DNA of 32,000 bases from Methanothermobacter marburgensis str. Marburg (GTDB taxonomy: Archaea > Methanobacteriota > Methanobacteria > Methanobacteriales > Methanothermobacteraceae). Below the pieces are notes generated by a model. The model searched no databases. It was not told the DNA's origin and worked only from the letters and a program-made list of their open reading frames with translations. The position numbers and the translations under genes are program-made. Location of the stretch: positions 1,542,794 to 1,574,793 of the forward strand of contig NC_014408.1 in the NCBI RefSeq assembly GCF_000145295.1, given 5' to 3'. Shown here one piece after another: positions 9,397 to 19,679 of this stretch (the first letter of the stretch is position 1; each line of letters starts with the position of its first letter).

Positions 9397-10605
9397 ATGG
9401 ACGTTCAGGAAAGACTTGATGCCATCTTGGATATCACAGACTCTAAAATATGTCCCCACTGCCTTGGAAGACGTTTTTCTGACGTCATGGAGGGTCCTGG
9501 AAACCGCCTGAGGGGTGAAAGGCTTGTTGAAAAATTTTCACTCCATCTGGAAGGCCCCTGCCTGGTATGTGGCGATGTGTTTGAGAGGCTCGATGAGGCT
9601 GCCCTGAGGGTCAGGGAGAAGGTGGATGACCTAAACCTGGAGTACTCATCGGTACTCGTGGGTACAAGGCTCCCTGATGATGTGCTCAGAATTGATGAAG
9701 AGATAGACAGGCGCCTTGGAATCCAGGTGGAGGGTATCAAAAGAGAGGTGAACCGTGAACTCGGCAAGAGGGTCACCTCCATCCTCCGATGCCCTGCGGA
9801 CTTTGAATCACCTGACCTTGTAATAACTGTTGATCTCAGGGGGCAAATAAGGGTCCATGTTCAGATAAACCCCATCTTCATTGAGGGACGATACCGTAAA
9901 CTTGTCCGTGGTATACCCCAGACAAAATGGCCCTGCAGGAGCTGCCGCGGGAGGGGGTGCAGCAGGTGCGATTATACCGGTAAAATGTACCCCACATCCG
10001 TGGAGGAACTCATATCAGAACCTGTCCTCGAGGCGACAGGGGGAAGTGACAGTAAGTTCCATGGCTCTGGCAGGGAGGATGTGGATGTGCGGATGCTTGG
10101 AACCGGAAGACCCTTTGTGCTGGAGATTAAGGAGCCGGCAATCCGCACACCGGATCTAAGGGCACTGGAGGATGAGATAAACAGAAGAGCGAGGGGCATG
10201 GTTGAGGTGGCTGATCTGAGGTTCTCCTCAAGGAACCGGAAGGTGGAACTCAAGGAGTCATCAAGGAAAAAGTACAAGGTCTACCGTGCCATTGTTGAAC
10301 TCGAGGGTGCCGTGTCTGATGAGGACCTGGTAAAGCTTGAGAAACTTGACCTGATAAGGCAGCGGACCCCGTTGAGGGTTTCACACAGAAGGGCTGACAG
10401 GATCAGGGAACGCAGGGTCCTTGAAATATCCTGGAAACGCCTTGACGATCACCTGGAACTTATAATAAAGGCTGAGGGTGGACTGTACATAAAGGAACTG
10501 ATCTCAGGGGACTCGGGCCGTACAGAACCCAGTGTGAGCAGCATCCTGGGTGTACCTGCAAGGTGCGCCAGCCTTGATGTCCTTGAGGTCGGGGAGCCCG
10601 CATGA
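9397..10605 (+). CDS. pus10: tRNA pseudouridine synthase Pus10 (Psi54/55)
   Basis: N-terminal CxxC zinc motif (CPHCLGRRF), a THUMP-like region, and a second Cys cluster (CRSCRGRGCSRCDYTG). The C-terminal catalytic part contains FHGSGREDVDVRMLGTGRPF and RTPLRVSHRRADRIRER. Confidence 0.88.
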   Translation: MDVQERLDAILDITDSKICPHCLGRRFSDVMEGPGNRLRGERLVEKFSLHLEGPCLVCGDVFERLDEAALRVREKVDDLNLEYSSVLVGTRLPDDVLRIDEEIDRRLGIQVEGIKREVNRELGKRVTSILRCPADFESPDLVITVDLRGQIRVHVQINPIFIEGRYRKLVRGIPQTKWPCRSCRGRGCSRCDYTGKMYPTSVEELISEPVLEATGGSDSKFHGSGREDVDVRMLGTGRPFVLEIKEPAIRTPDLRALEDEINRRARGMVEVADLRFSSRNRKVELKESSRKKYKVYRAIVELEGAVSDEDLVKLEKLDLIRQRTPLRVSHRRADRIRERRVLEISWKRLDDHLELIIKAEGGLYIKELISGDSGRTEPSVSSILGVPARCASLDVLEVGEPA

Positions 10606-10793
10606 AGCTTCATCTGACCCTGAAGACAAGCTGATGATGATCTCCCCCTTCAATTTGAGAGATCCCCTGCCCTGAGGAAAAATATATATTTATGGAAATG
10701 TTAAATACAGAACTTATAAGTTTAGATGTCTGATTCTTGTAAGGTTTTAATAACTGTTACAAGCCATCACAGGCTTTTTATGGAGGTTAAAAA

Positions 10794-11084
10794 ATGAGAA
10801 GATCAAGAGGTTTCAGAAGTAAAACAAGACACAAGCTTCAGAAGGTCAAAAGGCCTGGAAGATCAAACCCGATAACAAGGAAGATCCAGAGCTTCAGTGA
10901 GGGTGACCTTGTACACATAATAATAGATCCAAGCATCCACCGGGGCCAGCCCCACCCCCGCTTCCATGGTAAAACAGGCCGTGTTGCCGGTATGATGGGC
11001 AGATCATATGTGGTGTCCATAAGGGATGGTAACAAGGAGAAACAGCTTGTGGTGAGGCCAGAGCACCTTCAGATGCAAGAGTGA
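10794..11084 (+). CDS. rpl21e: 50S ribosomal protein L21e
   Basis: [15 protein letters not shown]...[12 protein letters not shown] matches the L21e family. GGAGGT SD lies upstream. Confidence 0.92.
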   Translation: MRRSRGFRSKTRHKLQKVKRPGRSNPITRKIQSFSEGDLVHIIIDPSIHRGQPHPRFHGKTGRVAGMMGRSYVVSIRDGNKEKQLVVRPEHLQMQE

Positions 11085-11089
11085 TTCCC

Positions 11090-11431
11090 ATGATAGGGAA
11101 AAAGGTTCTGGAAAGTGAACCTGTTTCAATGGCAGAGGTTAAGGAGATACTTGAAAAATTCGGGGAAGAACATGAGCTCACCTACGAGCAGAACCTTGTC
11201 CTTGACCATGTAACCCGCTTTTCAAGGCTTGACCCTGAAACCAGCAGGGGTCTCATTGAGGAACTGATGGGTATCCCCAACATAAAGAGGAGGCATGCTG
11301 TCAAGATCGCAGATATCATGCCTGTGGACCTATCTGACCTCCGTTTAATCTTTGCCAAGGAAAGGGTCCCCATAAAGGCAGAGGACCTGCCAGGCATACT
11401 CGAGGTAATAGATAAATACCGGGTCGAATAA
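11090..11431 (+). CDS. rpoF: DNA-directed RNA polymerase subunit F (Rpb4 homologue)
   Basis: MIGKKVLESEPVSMAEVKEILEKF... is an RpoF-like helical protein. The track ORF starts at GTG 11081, overlapping the L21e stop. ATG 11090 fits the family N-terminus better. Confidence 0.8.
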   Translation: MIGKKVLESEPVSMAEVKEILEKFGEEHELTYEQNLVLDHVTRFSRLDPETSRGLIEELMGIPNIKRRHAVKIADIMPVDLSDLRLIFAKERVPIKAEDLPGILEVIDKYRVE

Positions 11432-11470
11432 AAATAATATCTGACCTGAAAAATTAGAGTATGTGATTTC

Positions 11471-12052
11471 ATGGAAGAGTACGCTATCATACTGGATTAC
11501 CTTCCACTTGGTTACGTGAGTGAAGGTTTCGGTACATTCAAGAAGAGGCCTGTTGCCCAGGCTCTGGGAAAGGATGAGTTTACCCTCCTTGAGTTAACAC
11601 CCAGGCCAGATGTTGACCTTGAGATTCATGAGGAGGTCTACATAGGTAAGGGTAAAAGGGATAAGATAGCCAGGATCAACAGGAGACTCCGGCACAATGA
11701 ACTCACGGCCACAGCCAGGGTTGAACTGCCCTACGTCATTGAGGAAATAATAAAGTCCAACGAGGACAGGTTCGTGCGTTTCTTCAATGAGGCGGGCCCC
11801 ATAAGCACCAGGCTTCACCAGCTTGAACTTCTTCCAGGAATCGGTAAAAAGCATATGTGGGATATCCTGAAGGCCCGTGAGGAAAAGCCCTTTGAGAGTT
11901 TTGAGGACATAAAGAACAGGGTCCCGATGCTATCAGACCCTGTTAAACTCATCGTCAGGAGGATCCTCATGGAACTGGATGTTGAGGGCGCCAAGCGGGG
12001 AAAAAGGAAGTACACAATATTCACAAGACCTCCCCAGAAGAAGAGGGACTGA
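11471..12052 (+). CDS. DUF655 protein (OB-like N-terminus plus helix-hairpin-helix; putative nucleic-acid binding)
   Basis: EEYAIILDYLPLGY...LHQLELLPGIGKKHMWDILKARE is the conserved archaeal DUF655 pattern. It lies between rpoF and ksgA, as in many archaea. Confidence 0.75.
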   Translation: MEEYAIILDYLPLGYVSEGFGTFKKRPVAQALGKDEFTLLELTPRPDVDLEIHEEVYIGKGKRDKIARINRRLRHNELTATARVELPYVIEEIIKSNEDRFVRFFNEAGPISTRLHQLELLPGIGKKHMWDILKAREEKPFESFEDIKNRVPMLSDPVKLIVRRILMELDVEGAKRGKRKYTIFTRPPQKKRD

Positions 12053-12078
12053 TTTTAACCCAATAACCAATTTATTTT

Positions 12079-12900
12079 ATGACGGGACTCTACAGAGAGA
12101 CAAGGGACGTTCTGAGGAAGTACGGTGTCAGGCTCAGAAGGAGTCTGGGGCAGAATTACCTTGTTGATGACGGCAAGAGGCAGCGCATACTGGGATATGG
12201 CAATCTGGGACCCGATGATCATGTCCTGGAGATAGGGGCCGGCATAGGTACACTGACACTCCCTATGGCAGAACTTGCAGGTCATGTTACTGCAATCGAA
12301 AGTGACCCCTTCATCGCAGGGATCCTTGCCGATAGAATAAAAGGGGACAATGTGGATATCATTGTTGGCGACGCCCTTAAGGTTGATTTTCCCGCATTCA
12401 ACAAGGTGGTATCCAACCTGCCCTACCAGATATCGTCCCCTGTAACCTTCAGGCTTCTGAGGCATGAATTCGAGTTAGGGGTCCTCATGTACCAGAAGGA
12501 GTTTGCTGCAAGGATGGTTGCAGAGCCGGGTACACGGGATTACTCAAGACTCTCTGTAATGCTGCACTTCCTTGCAGAGGTCCAGATAGTTGATTACCTC
12601 AAACCGGGCTGTTTTTTCCCAAGGCCCCGTGTTGACTCTGCAGTCGTGACCGTAAGGCCCACGGGATTCAGTCTCCCTGCACTTTTTGAGGATGTGTGCC
12701 GTGCCCTCTTTCAGCACAGAAAGAAAAAAACCTCCAAGTCACTCAGGGAGTCTTTCCACGAGATAAAGGCCGACCTGGACTTCAGTGAGGTTCTGGATGT
12801 TCTTCCATCTGAGATACTTGAGAAGAGGGTCTTTCAGCTGAAGCCAGAGGAGATACTTGAAATAACAGAACGCATGGAGGAACTCTCAGCGTCCTCATGA
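12079..12900 (+). CDS. rsmA: 16S rRNA (adenine1518/1519-N6)-dimethyltransferase KsgA/Dim1
   Basis: LGQNYLVD, the SAM motif VLEIGAGIGTLT, and NLPYQISS. Confidence 0.93.
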   Translation: MTGLYRETRDVLRKYGVRLRRSLGQNYLVDDGKRQRILGYGNLGPDDHVLEIGAGIGTLTLPMAELAGHVTAIESDPFIAGILADRIKGDNVDIIVGDALKVDFPAFNKVVSNLPYQISSPVTFRLLRHEFELGVLMYQKEFAARMVAEPGTRDYSRLSVMLHFLAEVQIVDYLKPGCFFPRPRVDSAVVTVRPTGFSLPALFEDVCRALFQHRKKKTSKSLRESFHEIKADLDFSEVLDVLPSEILEKRVFQLKPEEILEITERMEELSASS

Positions 12901-12967
12901 GCAGGGGGACCCTCTGAAGTGCAGTCCACTATAGAAAAATATAAATATTATGTAAACTATTTTTTAC

Positions 12968-13408
12968 ATGGTGGTTGTTTTGATAATAGCAAGACCCGAA
13001 TGGTTTGGAAGAAGAAAGTATGGTGGCTGGGGAGTTTCAGTTAAAACCTGGCAGGGCGCTGCATACCTGGCATCTGTGCTTCTAATCCTTGTAGCGGTCC
13101 AGCTCCTGCCCCTCAGTACCATGGCAAGAATATATGTGACAGCAGCATGGCTGGTATTCCTCTTCCTTGACATGTTTGATGTTATGTGGAAAGTCAGGAG
13201 GGATGAAAGGGAATACATCCACGAGGCAGTAGCCGAGAGAAATGCGGCCTGGGCCATGATGCCGGTCCTTGTTTTGGGAATATTCATCCAGCTCATCTCA
13301 AGTTCCCTTAAGGGTGACCCCTACGTGGATCCAGTCCCGGTGATTGCACTGGTTGCAGGGGTTATCGCCAAATCAGTGACAAACTATCGCCTGGAGAGGG
13401 AAAATTGA
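12968..13408 (+). CDS. Membrane protein (DUF2178-like, 4 TM)
   Basis: Four hydrophobic segments. It is coupled by a TTGA overlap to a small XRE regulator, a pairing typical of DUF2178 proteins. Confidence 0.6.
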   Translation: MVVVLIIARPEWFGRRKYGGWGVSVKTWQGAAYLASVLLILVAVQLLPLSTMARIYVTAAWLVFLFLDMFDVMWKVRRDEREYIHEAVAERNAAWAMMPVLVLGIFIQLISSSLKGDPYVDPVPVIALVAGVIAKSVTNYRLEREN

Positions 13409-13608
13409 AAACCCTGATAAGGGAATACAGAAATAAACTTGGACTGACCCAGGAGGAACTGGCAGAGATGGTGGGGGTTACAAGGCAGACCATAATAACC
13501 CTTGAGAGGGGTCGCTACAACCCCTCCCTCATCCTCGCCCACAGGATCACAAGGGCCCTCGGGGGGGAGCACATCGAGGATATATTCCTCCTTGATGAGG
13601 ATGGTTGA
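13405..13608 (+). CDS. XRE-family helix-turn-helix transcriptional regulator (67 aa)
   Basis: [31 protein letters not shown] is an HTH_3 pattern. It has a TTG start with a GGAGAGG SD, and the start overlaps the upstream stop. Confidence 0.85.
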   Translation: MKTLIREYRNKLGLTQEELAEMVGVTRQTIITLERGRYNPSLILAHRITRALGGEHIEDIFLLDEDG

Positions 13609-14296
13609 AATGATAAGGTACGGTGATCTGAAAATCGAAACATGCAGGGACGTATATGAGCCTGCAGAGGACACCTTCCTCCTTGCAGATAACCTTGAGG
13701 TTGGAGAGGGCGAAAGGGTCCTTGAAATAGGCACCGGTACTGGGCTGGTTGCCATAAAGGCCTCAGAGAAGGCTGATGTGACTGCAACAGATATAAACCC
13801 CGCTGCAGTTGAATGTGCCAGGAAAAACGCTGTCCTGAATGGCTCCGGGTTAAGGGTACTCCAGGGTGACCTCTTTGATCCTGTGAGGGGTGAGAAATTC
13901 GATGTTATACTCTTCAACACCCCCTACCTCCCTGTGGGGGAGGAGGATATCACAGAGGGTTCCATAGACCTTGCCTGGAATGGGGGACCCGACGGGAGGA
14001 GGGTTATAGACCGCTTCCTGGATGATGTGGCTGAACACCTCAAGCCCGGTGGAAGAATCCAGCTCGTTCAATCCTCACTCTCAGACACCAAGAGGACACT
14101 TGAAAGGCTCAGGAATCTGGGTTTTGATGCAGAGGTTACTGCAAGTGAAAGGTACTTCTTTGAGGAGATAGTCCTCATAAGGGCTGTTATGAGGGGGGCT
14201 AGGGATCCCTTACCAGTATCCCATCGAACACGAGGACCGCATCACCCTCCATGTAGGCCCCCAGCTCTGTACCCTCCTGGTAGACGTCTATTTTAA
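13601..14296 (+). CDS. HemK/Mtq2-like SAM-dependent methyltransferase (putative protein N5-glutamine MTase); 3' end abnormally long
   Basis: [13 protein letters not shown], the SAM motif [12 protein letters not shown], and the NPPY-type motif FNTPYLP. The start is ATG 13601 or 13610; the upstream part of the track ORF (from 13502) overlaps the HTH gene. The last about 32 codons overlap dapF. Confidence 0.8.
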   Translation: MVEMIRYGDLKIETCRDVYEPAEDTFLLADNLEVGEGERVLEIGTGTGLVAIKASEKADVTATDINPAAVECARKNAVLNGSGLRVLQGDLFDPVRGEKFDVILFNTPYLPVGEEDITEGSIDLAWNGGPDGRRVIDRFLDDVAEHLKPGGRIQLVQSSLSDTKRTLERLRNLGFDAEVTASERYFFEEIVLIRAVMRGARDPLPVSHRTRGPHHPPCRPPALYPPGRRLF

Positions 14297-15071
14297 GTTC
14301 ACCTCCAGGTAGATGCACCAGGACGCTGTCATCCAGTTTTTCAAGTTTAACCCCTGCAATCACACTGGCTGTGGCCCCTGTTCCACATGCCATGGTTGGC
14401 CCGGCGCCCCTCTCCCATGTCACCATGATGATCTCAGATGGGTCAACCACCTCAACAAAGTGCACGTTGATTCTCTCAGGGAAGAGGGGGTGGTTTTCTA
14501 TTGCGGGGCCAAGCCGCTTCAGGTCCACCGATCCGGTATCATCCACAAATATCACCGCATGGGGGTTCCCGACGCTCAGAGCTGTGAGTTTGATATCCTC
14601 ACCCTCAACCGGGAGGAAACGGTCTATGAACTCGCATTCCCCCACATCCATGGGTATCTGGTCTGTCTTGAATGTTGCTGTGCCCATATCAACCCTTGAG
14701 GAGACCACTGAACCATCATCCCCAATCTCAAGCTCCACGGTTTTGATGCCTGCAAGGGTTTCAACATCAAGTTTTCTCTTTCTCACAATGGCATTGTCGT
14801 ATACAAACTTTGAGAAGCACCTTATTCCGTTACCGCACATCTCTGCCTCGCTTCCATCGGCGTTGAATATCCTGAACCTTATATCCCCATCACCAGCTGC
14901 TGGCTGGACAAATATGACGCCATCAGCCCCAACAGAGAATCCCCTCGTGCAGACTTCCCTGACGAATTCAGGCTTTTTATCCTCGGGTATGCACTCCTGG
15001 GTGCTCTCATCTATAACCACATAGTCATTTCCAAGCCCATGCATCTTGGAGAACATTACCATCCTCGTCAT
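14199..15071 (-). CDS. dapF: Diaminopimelate epimerase
   Basis: [16 protein letters not shown], with the two catalytic Cys contexts (EMCGNGIRC and ACGTGATA). Confidence 0.95.
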   Translation of the reverse strand: MTRMVMFSKMHGLGNDYVVIDESTQECIPEDKKPEFVREVCTRGFSVGADGVIFVQPAAGDGDIRFRIFNADGSEAEMCGNGIRCFSKFVYDNAIVRKRKLDVETLAGIKTVELEIGDDGSVVSSRVDMGTATFKTDQIPMDVGECEFIDRFLPVEGEDIKLTALSVGNPHAVIFVDDTGSVDLKRLGPAIENHPLFPERINVHFVEVVDPSEIIMVTWERGAGPTMACGTGATASVIAGVKLEKLDDSVLVHLPGGELKIDVYQEGTELGAYMEGDAVLVFDGILVRDP

Positions 15072-15076
15072 TCTAT

Positions 15077-16363
15077 CTACCTCTTAAGGAGCCTTGCAGG
15101 TACAACCTGCCCTGCCAGTAGATCAGCGAATGTTTCCCTCCTCCTCACAACCTCGGCGTCACCATCCCTTACAAGCACCTCGGCTGGTCGTGGGCGGGAG
15201 TTGTACTGGGAGGCCATTGAGAAGGAGTAGGCACCTGCATTCATGATGGCAAGGATGTCACCCTCATTGACCTCAGACATGGGCCTGTCCCTTGCAAATA
15301 GGTCCCCTGATTCACACACATTCCCTGCTATGTCTATCTTTCCTGAGGGCCCAGCAAGGGGCCTGTCTGCAACCAGGATGTGGTGGTAGGAGCCATACAT
15401 GGCAGGCCTCAGCAGTGTGTTGAAGCCTGCGTCAACCCCTGCGAATTTCCTGTAGCTCTCCTTTACTGTGTTAACGCGTGTTAGGAGATATGATGCATCC
15501 CCAACTATGTACCTTCCAGGCTCAAGGCACATCACAGGCCTTCCAAGGCCATAATCAGATAGTTTATCCTTGAAGAGGCCCGTTATCCTTGATGCGAATT
15601 CATCGATGTCCAGTGGCTCCTCATCTGGAGTGTAGGGTATGCCCAGGCCGCCGCCGAAGTCTATGAATTCAAATTCGATCCCTGTCTCCCCATGGACCCT
15701 TCCTGCGATATCCATTAGGGACTCAACTGCCAGCATGAAGGGCTCCGGGTCAAGTATCCCTGACCCTATATGGGCATGTATACCCACCGGCTTAAGGCCA
15801 AGGTCAAGTGCGAGACTGTAAACCTCCGGGGCCTCGCTTTCCATGATACCGAACTTGCTCATCTCCCCGCCGGTGATGCAGTGCTCATGGTGGCCTGCAC
15901 CCACAAGGGGGTTGACCCTGAATGATACCTCAAGTCCCTCAGGGGCCATCTCCGCCAGCCTCAGAAGCTGTGACCTTGAATCAATATTGATCCTCACACC
16001 CGCTTCAAGTGCAAACTGCAGCTCATCATCCCTCACATTGTTGCCGGTGTAGAGAATCCTTTCAGGGTCAAAGCCTGCCATGAGGGCTATGTATATCTCC
16101 CCGGGAGACACGGCATCGATTCCGCTACCCTCCTCCTCCAGTATCCTCATGACCGCGAGGTTGGTGTTGGCCTTGCATGCGTAGAATACCTGGAAATCTG
16201 AATAGTTCCTGGAGAATGCCCTGTGGAGCCTTCTGTAATTTTCCCTTATTCTCATCTCATCGATGACATAGAGGGGGGTGCCGTATTCTTCTGCCAGTTC
16301 AACTGCATCGGCACCCCCAATCACAAGGTGTCCCTTATCGTTAACCTCAATATCAGAAAACAT
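15077..16363 (-). CDS. lysA: Diaminopimelate decarboxylase
   Basis: [21 protein letters not shown] (PLP Lys), and GGGLGIPY...CESGD. The family N-terminus fits ATG 16363 (MFSDIEV; GGAGGAT upstream). The track ORF extends to 16411. Confidence 0.93.
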   Translation of the reverse strand: MFSDIEVNDKGHLVIGGADAVELAEEYGTPLYVIDEMRIRENYRRLHRAFSRNYSDFQVFYACKANTNLAVMRILEEEGSGIDAVSPGEIYIALMAGFDPERILYTGNNVRDDELQFALEAGVRINIDSRSQLLRLAEMAPEGLEVSFRVNPLVGAGHHEHCITGGEMSKFGIMESEAPEVYSLALDLGLKPVGIHAHIGSGILDPEPFMLAVESLMDIAGRVHGETGIEFEFIDFGGGLGIPYTPDEEPLDIDEFASRITGLFKDKLSDYGLGRPVMCLEPGRYIVGDASYLLTRVNTVKESYRKFAGVDAGFNTLLRPAMYGSYHHILVADRPLAGPSGKIDIAGNVCESGDLFARDRPMSEVNEGDILAIMNAGAYSFSMASQYNSRPRPAEVLVRDGDAEVVRRRETFADLLAGQVVPARLLKR

Positions 16364-16447
16364 AATGGATGATCCTCCCAGATTAATTAATGAATCAATC
16401 AAATCTTTCATTCAACTGACTAATAAAAGTTCGTGGGATGTGAAAAT

Positions 16448-16855
16448 ATGAAACCATTCATACCGGTCGTTAGGGCCCTTATAAGGGGTGATGATGGTGT
16501 TCTCATTCTGAAAAGATCCCGTGATTCGGCAACAAACCCCTCAATGTGGGAGCTTCCCGGTGGAAAACCTGATGGTGGTGAAACACTGGATGAGGCACTA
16601 TCACGGGAAGTCCATGAGGAGACAGGCCTTGAAATCAGGCCCATGCATGTTCTGGGCGCATTTGAGCAGGTTTTCCCGGAGAAGGTATCTGTCAACATTA
16701 TCTTCTCTACTGAGTTTAGAGGGGACGTTCCGAAAATCAGCAGCGAACACGAGGACTGGTGCTGGTTCAGGGGTGGTGAAATGGACTTTTCACCCTGGCT
16801 CCGCGAATTTAAAAATAAAAATCCATGGCTTTTTGAGCACCCCAGACCTCGATGA
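16448..16855 (+). CDS. NUDIX hydrolase
   Basis: Nudix box GGKPDGGETLDEALSREVHEETGLEI. The start is ATG 16448 (MKPFIP) or 16433. Confidence 0.85.
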   Translation: MKPFIPVVRALIRGDDGVLILKRSRDSATNPSMWELPGGKPDGGETLDEALSREVHEETGLEIRPMHVLGAFEQVFPEKVSVNIIFSTEFRGDVPKISSEHEDWCWFRGGEMDFSPWLREFKNKNPWLFEHPRPR

Positions 16856-16884
16856 CACCCCTTAAACCATGAATCTTACTGAAA

Positions 16885-18051
16885 CTAGGAGATGACCTGT
16901 CCGAGGACATCGACCGCTGCGTCTATCTCCTCCTTCTTTATGACAAGTGGAGGAACCAGCCTTATCACGTTACCCGCAGTGCAGTTTATAAGCACGCCCA
17001 TCTCCCTTGCCTCGTCAACGACCCTGCTGCAGTCGCCATCAAGTTCTATCCCGATCATGAGGCCCACGCCACGGATGTCCCTCACAGAATCACAGCCCTG
17101 CAGAACCTGCCTGAGCCTTGCCATGAAATAGGAACCCATCTTGGCCGCCCTCTCAGGTAGCTTCTCATCCAGCAAAACCTCAATGGTTGCTATGGCAGCT
17201 GCACACCCCAGCGGGTTCCCCCCGAATGTTGATCCATGGTCCCCTGGTTTGAATGCCGATGCAACCCTTTCATCTGCAAGCACGGCGCCTATGGGGTATC
17301 CTCCGCCCATGGCCTTTGCAACCGTGGTGATGTCAGGTCGCACATCAAACAGCTCCGATGCAAACATGGCGCCGGTCCTTCCAAACCCTGTCTGCACCTC
17401 ATCGAGTATGAGGAGAACATCGTTCTGCCTTGCAAGTTCCCCCACGTCCCGCAGGTAGCCCTCAGGGGGGACTATAACCCCGCCCTCACCCTGCACGGGT
17501 TCAAGTATTATGGCTGCCGTGTCATCGCCTATGGCATCTGCCATTGCCCCCAAGTCACCGTAGGGGACATGTTTGAATCCCTCTGGCAGTGGCCTGAATG
17601 GTTCGCTGTACTTCCTCTGTCCCGTGGCGGTTACAGTTGCAAGGGTCCTTCCATGGAAGGAGTTCTCCGCGGCTATTATCTCAGATTTTCCTGTGAACTT
17701 TCTTGCAAGTTTTATGGCCCCCTCATTTGCCTCAGCACCGCTGTTTGCAAAGAAAACCCTGTCATGGGGGGATATACCTGTGAGGAGCTTTGCAAGTTCC
17801 GCCTGCTCCCTGGTATAGTATATGTTGGATGAGTGGATGAGCCTCTGGGCCTGGTGACAGATTGCAAGTGCAACCTTTGGGTGGGCATGTCCAATGCTGT
17901 TAACAGCAACACCAGCAAAGCAGTCAATGTAGGAGTTACCATCAATATCCCATACAGTGGCGCCCTTGCCATGGGAGAGCACAATGGGCTGCCGCGTGTA
18001 GGTCTGCATGATAAATTTTTTTTCAAGTTCAATTACTTCCTCTGAATCCAT
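16885..18051 (-). CDS. argD: Acetylornithine aminotransferase (class III PLP aminotransferase)
   Basis: [26 protein letters not shown] and [12 protein letters not shown] (PLP Lys context). Confidence 0.9.
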   Translation of the reverse strand: MDSEEVIELEKKFIMQTYTRQPIVLSHGKGATVWDIDGNSYIDCFAGVAVNSIGHAHPKVALAICHQAQRLIHSSNIYYTREQAELAKLLTGISPHDRVFFANSGAEANEGAIKLARKFTGKSEIIAAENSFHGRTLATVTATGQRKYSEPFRPLPEGFKHVPYGDLGAMADAIGDDTAAIILEPVQGEGGVIVPPEGYLRDVGELARQNDVLLILDEVQTGFGRTGAMFASELFDVRPDITTVAKAMGGGYPIGAVLADERVASAFKPGDHGSTFGGNPLGCAAAIATIEVLLDEKLPERAAKMGSYFMARLRQVLQGCDSVRDIRGVGLMIGIELDGDCSRVVDEAREMGVLINCTAGNVIRLVPPLVIKKEEIDAAVDVLGQVIS

Positions 18052-18130
18052 GATATCACCGAAACATGTGGTGGACTTATATTAATCTTGAACCTAAATG
18101 GATAATAAATATGTATGTTATGGTGGTTAA

Positions 18131-18556
18131 ATGAAAAGGGCTGTTATTGAAACCGTTAAGGGAGAAATAGAGCTCATCCTCTTCCCTGAGGATGCCCCGA
18201 ATACAGTTGCCAATTTTGAGAAACTTGCAAATACCGGCTTCTATGATGGACTCACGTTCCACCGGGTAATACCTGACTTTGTGATTCAGGGTGGTTGCCC
18301 GGTGGGTGATGGTACCGGTGGGCCAGGTTACACCATAAAGTGTGAGATAAATCCCAATAAACACGTGAAGGGGGCCCTTTCAATGGCCCATGCAGGGAGG
18401 GACACCGGTGGTAGTCAGTTCTTCATAACACTCTCCCCCCAGCCTCACCTTGATGGGGTTCACACCGTCTTCGGGCGGGTTGTGAAGGGCATGGATGTTG
18501 TTGAATCAATAGAGAGGGGCGACCGGATGCTGAAGGTCAGGGTCTACGACGAATGA
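18131..18556 (+). CDS. ppiB: Peptidyl-prolyl cis-trans isomerase, cyclophilin type
   Basis: [13 protein letters not shown]...GGSQFFIT...[12 protein letters not shown]. Confidence 0.95.
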   Translation: MKRAVIETVKGEIELILFPEDAPNTVANFEKLANTGFYDGLTFHRVIPDFVIQGGCPVGDGTGGPGYTIKCEINPNKHVKGALSMAHAGRDTGGSQFFITLSPQPHLDGVHTVFGRVVKGMDVVESIERGDRMLKVRVYDE

Positions 18557-18631
18557 GGATTCCCTTTTCGATTTCATTGAGGATTAGGATTAGGACATCA
18601 GGTCAGGGTCTACGAAGAGTGAAGATTCCCT
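18534..18631. repeat. Direct duplication of the ppiB 3' end (32 nt, 29/32 identical, 66-nt period)
   Basis: 18534 AGGTCAGGGTCTACGACGAATGAGGATTCCCT is matched by 18600 AGGTCAGGGTCTACGAAGAGTGAAGATTCCCT. Confidence 0.85.
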
Positions 18632-18639
18632 AGAGGGTT

Positions 18640-19152
18640 CTATCTGAGGGGTATCTCGCCACGGTAGAACCTTCTAAGGACCCCTGCGTAAGTCTCTGCG
18701 ATCTTCTCAGCCACCCTGAGGTGACCCTCATTGTAATTTTCAGGGGGATCCGCTGCCACTATCTGCCCTAGGATCCCCTCATCATCCTTCACTGCCAGAG
18801 ATAGGAACCTTGAAACCTTTATGTGTCCCTCGGGTATCCCATGGGCTGCAGGGTGCCCTGCGGGGTTGTTGGTGAAGAATGACTCCCCTGTATCAAGGGA
18901 GTACCCGAGGAGGCCCCCGTACCTCCCGCTTTTTGGGAGCCTGAACCTTGCCTCGCCCATCTCCTCATAGTAACTGCAGTAGTCTGTCAGGTGGGAGAAC
19001 CTTATACCGACACTGTCACCATTTTCAGGGTCAACGTAGGCAACATAGCAGTACCTGCTTCCGGTTCTCATTTTTATTTCATCAAAGACAATATCAGAGG
19101 CTTCCTTAACAGACGAGACAGATTCAAGTTTTTCCCTCAGATCATTCATCAT
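18640..19152 (-). CDS. GAF-domain protein (170 aa)
   Basis: Single-domain size and pattern (YCYVAYVDPENG...GGLLGYSLDTGESFFTNN...LSLAVKDDEGILGQIV) resemble small-molecule-binding GAF domains. Confidence 0.6.
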   Translation of the reverse strand: MMNDLREKLESVSSVKEASDIVFDEIKMRTGSRYCYVAYVDPENGDSVGIRFSHLTDYCSYYEEMGEARFRLPKSGRYGGLLGYSLDTGESFFTNNPAGHPAAHGIPEGHIKVSRFLSLAVKDDEGILGQIVAADPPENYNEGHLRVAEKIAETYAGVLRRFYRGEIPLR

Positions 19153-19645
19153 GGCCCTCCAGTGACCTTATATACCTGTAGAATGGGTGCCCGGGTCGAA
19201 CCCTGTCCAGGACCCTGCCCCGCACCTCATAAAGGGGGTACCTTCCCCCATCGGTTATGACAGCGGCACCATCCAGTCCCTCAACCCTGAGGATCCTGGA
19301 GCCAACCATAACCTCATGGCCCATCCTGAGGCCAGAGGTGCTATCCCTGATGATTATGTATCCCCCCTTATCCCTGATTATTTTAATGGTGGGCTTCTCA
19401 GTTTTCTCCCTGATCCTTAAGAGTACACCTTCATGATAAGTCTCGCCGAGTCCCTTCACCTGTTCTATGAGTTCCTCCTCAAGGGCCGATCTGAGACGCA
19501 TCCATGCCTCAACCTCCCTGCAGCCTATCCTGTCCCTTGTTGACCGCTGGGGGCACTTCCAGCAGTATTTTTCATCCAGGACCCTTCTGAGTTTCCTGAA
19601 AGATTTCCCTGCGGCCCTCCTGAATTCATCAATAACATCCTTCAT
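19142..19645 (-). CDS. Hypothetical protein (about 167 aa) with a CxxC..C motif; overlaps the GAF gene start by 11 nt
   Basis: The track ORF 19142..19798 overlaps ogg. The first plausible start that does not overlap ogg is ATG 19645 (MKDVIDEF). No family was recognised. Confidence 0.45.
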   Translation of the reverse strand: MKDVIDEFRRAAGKSFRKLRRVLDEKYCWKCPQRSTRDRIGCREVEAWMRLRSALEEELIEQVKGLGETYHEGVLLRIREKTEKPTIKIIRDKGGYIIIRDSTSGLRMGHEVMVGSRILRVEGLDGAAVITDGGRYPLYEVRGRVLDRVRPGHPFYRYIRSLEGHDE

Positions 19646-19679
19646 CTTAAAGGTCCCGGGCACAGCTTGCCCTTCATCA

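Noticed and set aside
10631-10675. C/D-box-like motifs (CTGATGATGA ... CTGA) in the pus10-rpl21e spacer
   Set aside because: There is no terminal stem flanking the boxes, and no properly spaced C'/D' pair. The C-to-D distance (31 nt between the boxes) does not fit the regular archaeal 12-nt guide architecture. The GATCTC/GAGATC 6-bp hairpin (10639-10664) is too weak to call.
12055-12465. 136-aa minus-strand ORF
   Set aside because: It is antisense to ksgA/rsmA, which has all the family motifs. This is a shadow ORF.
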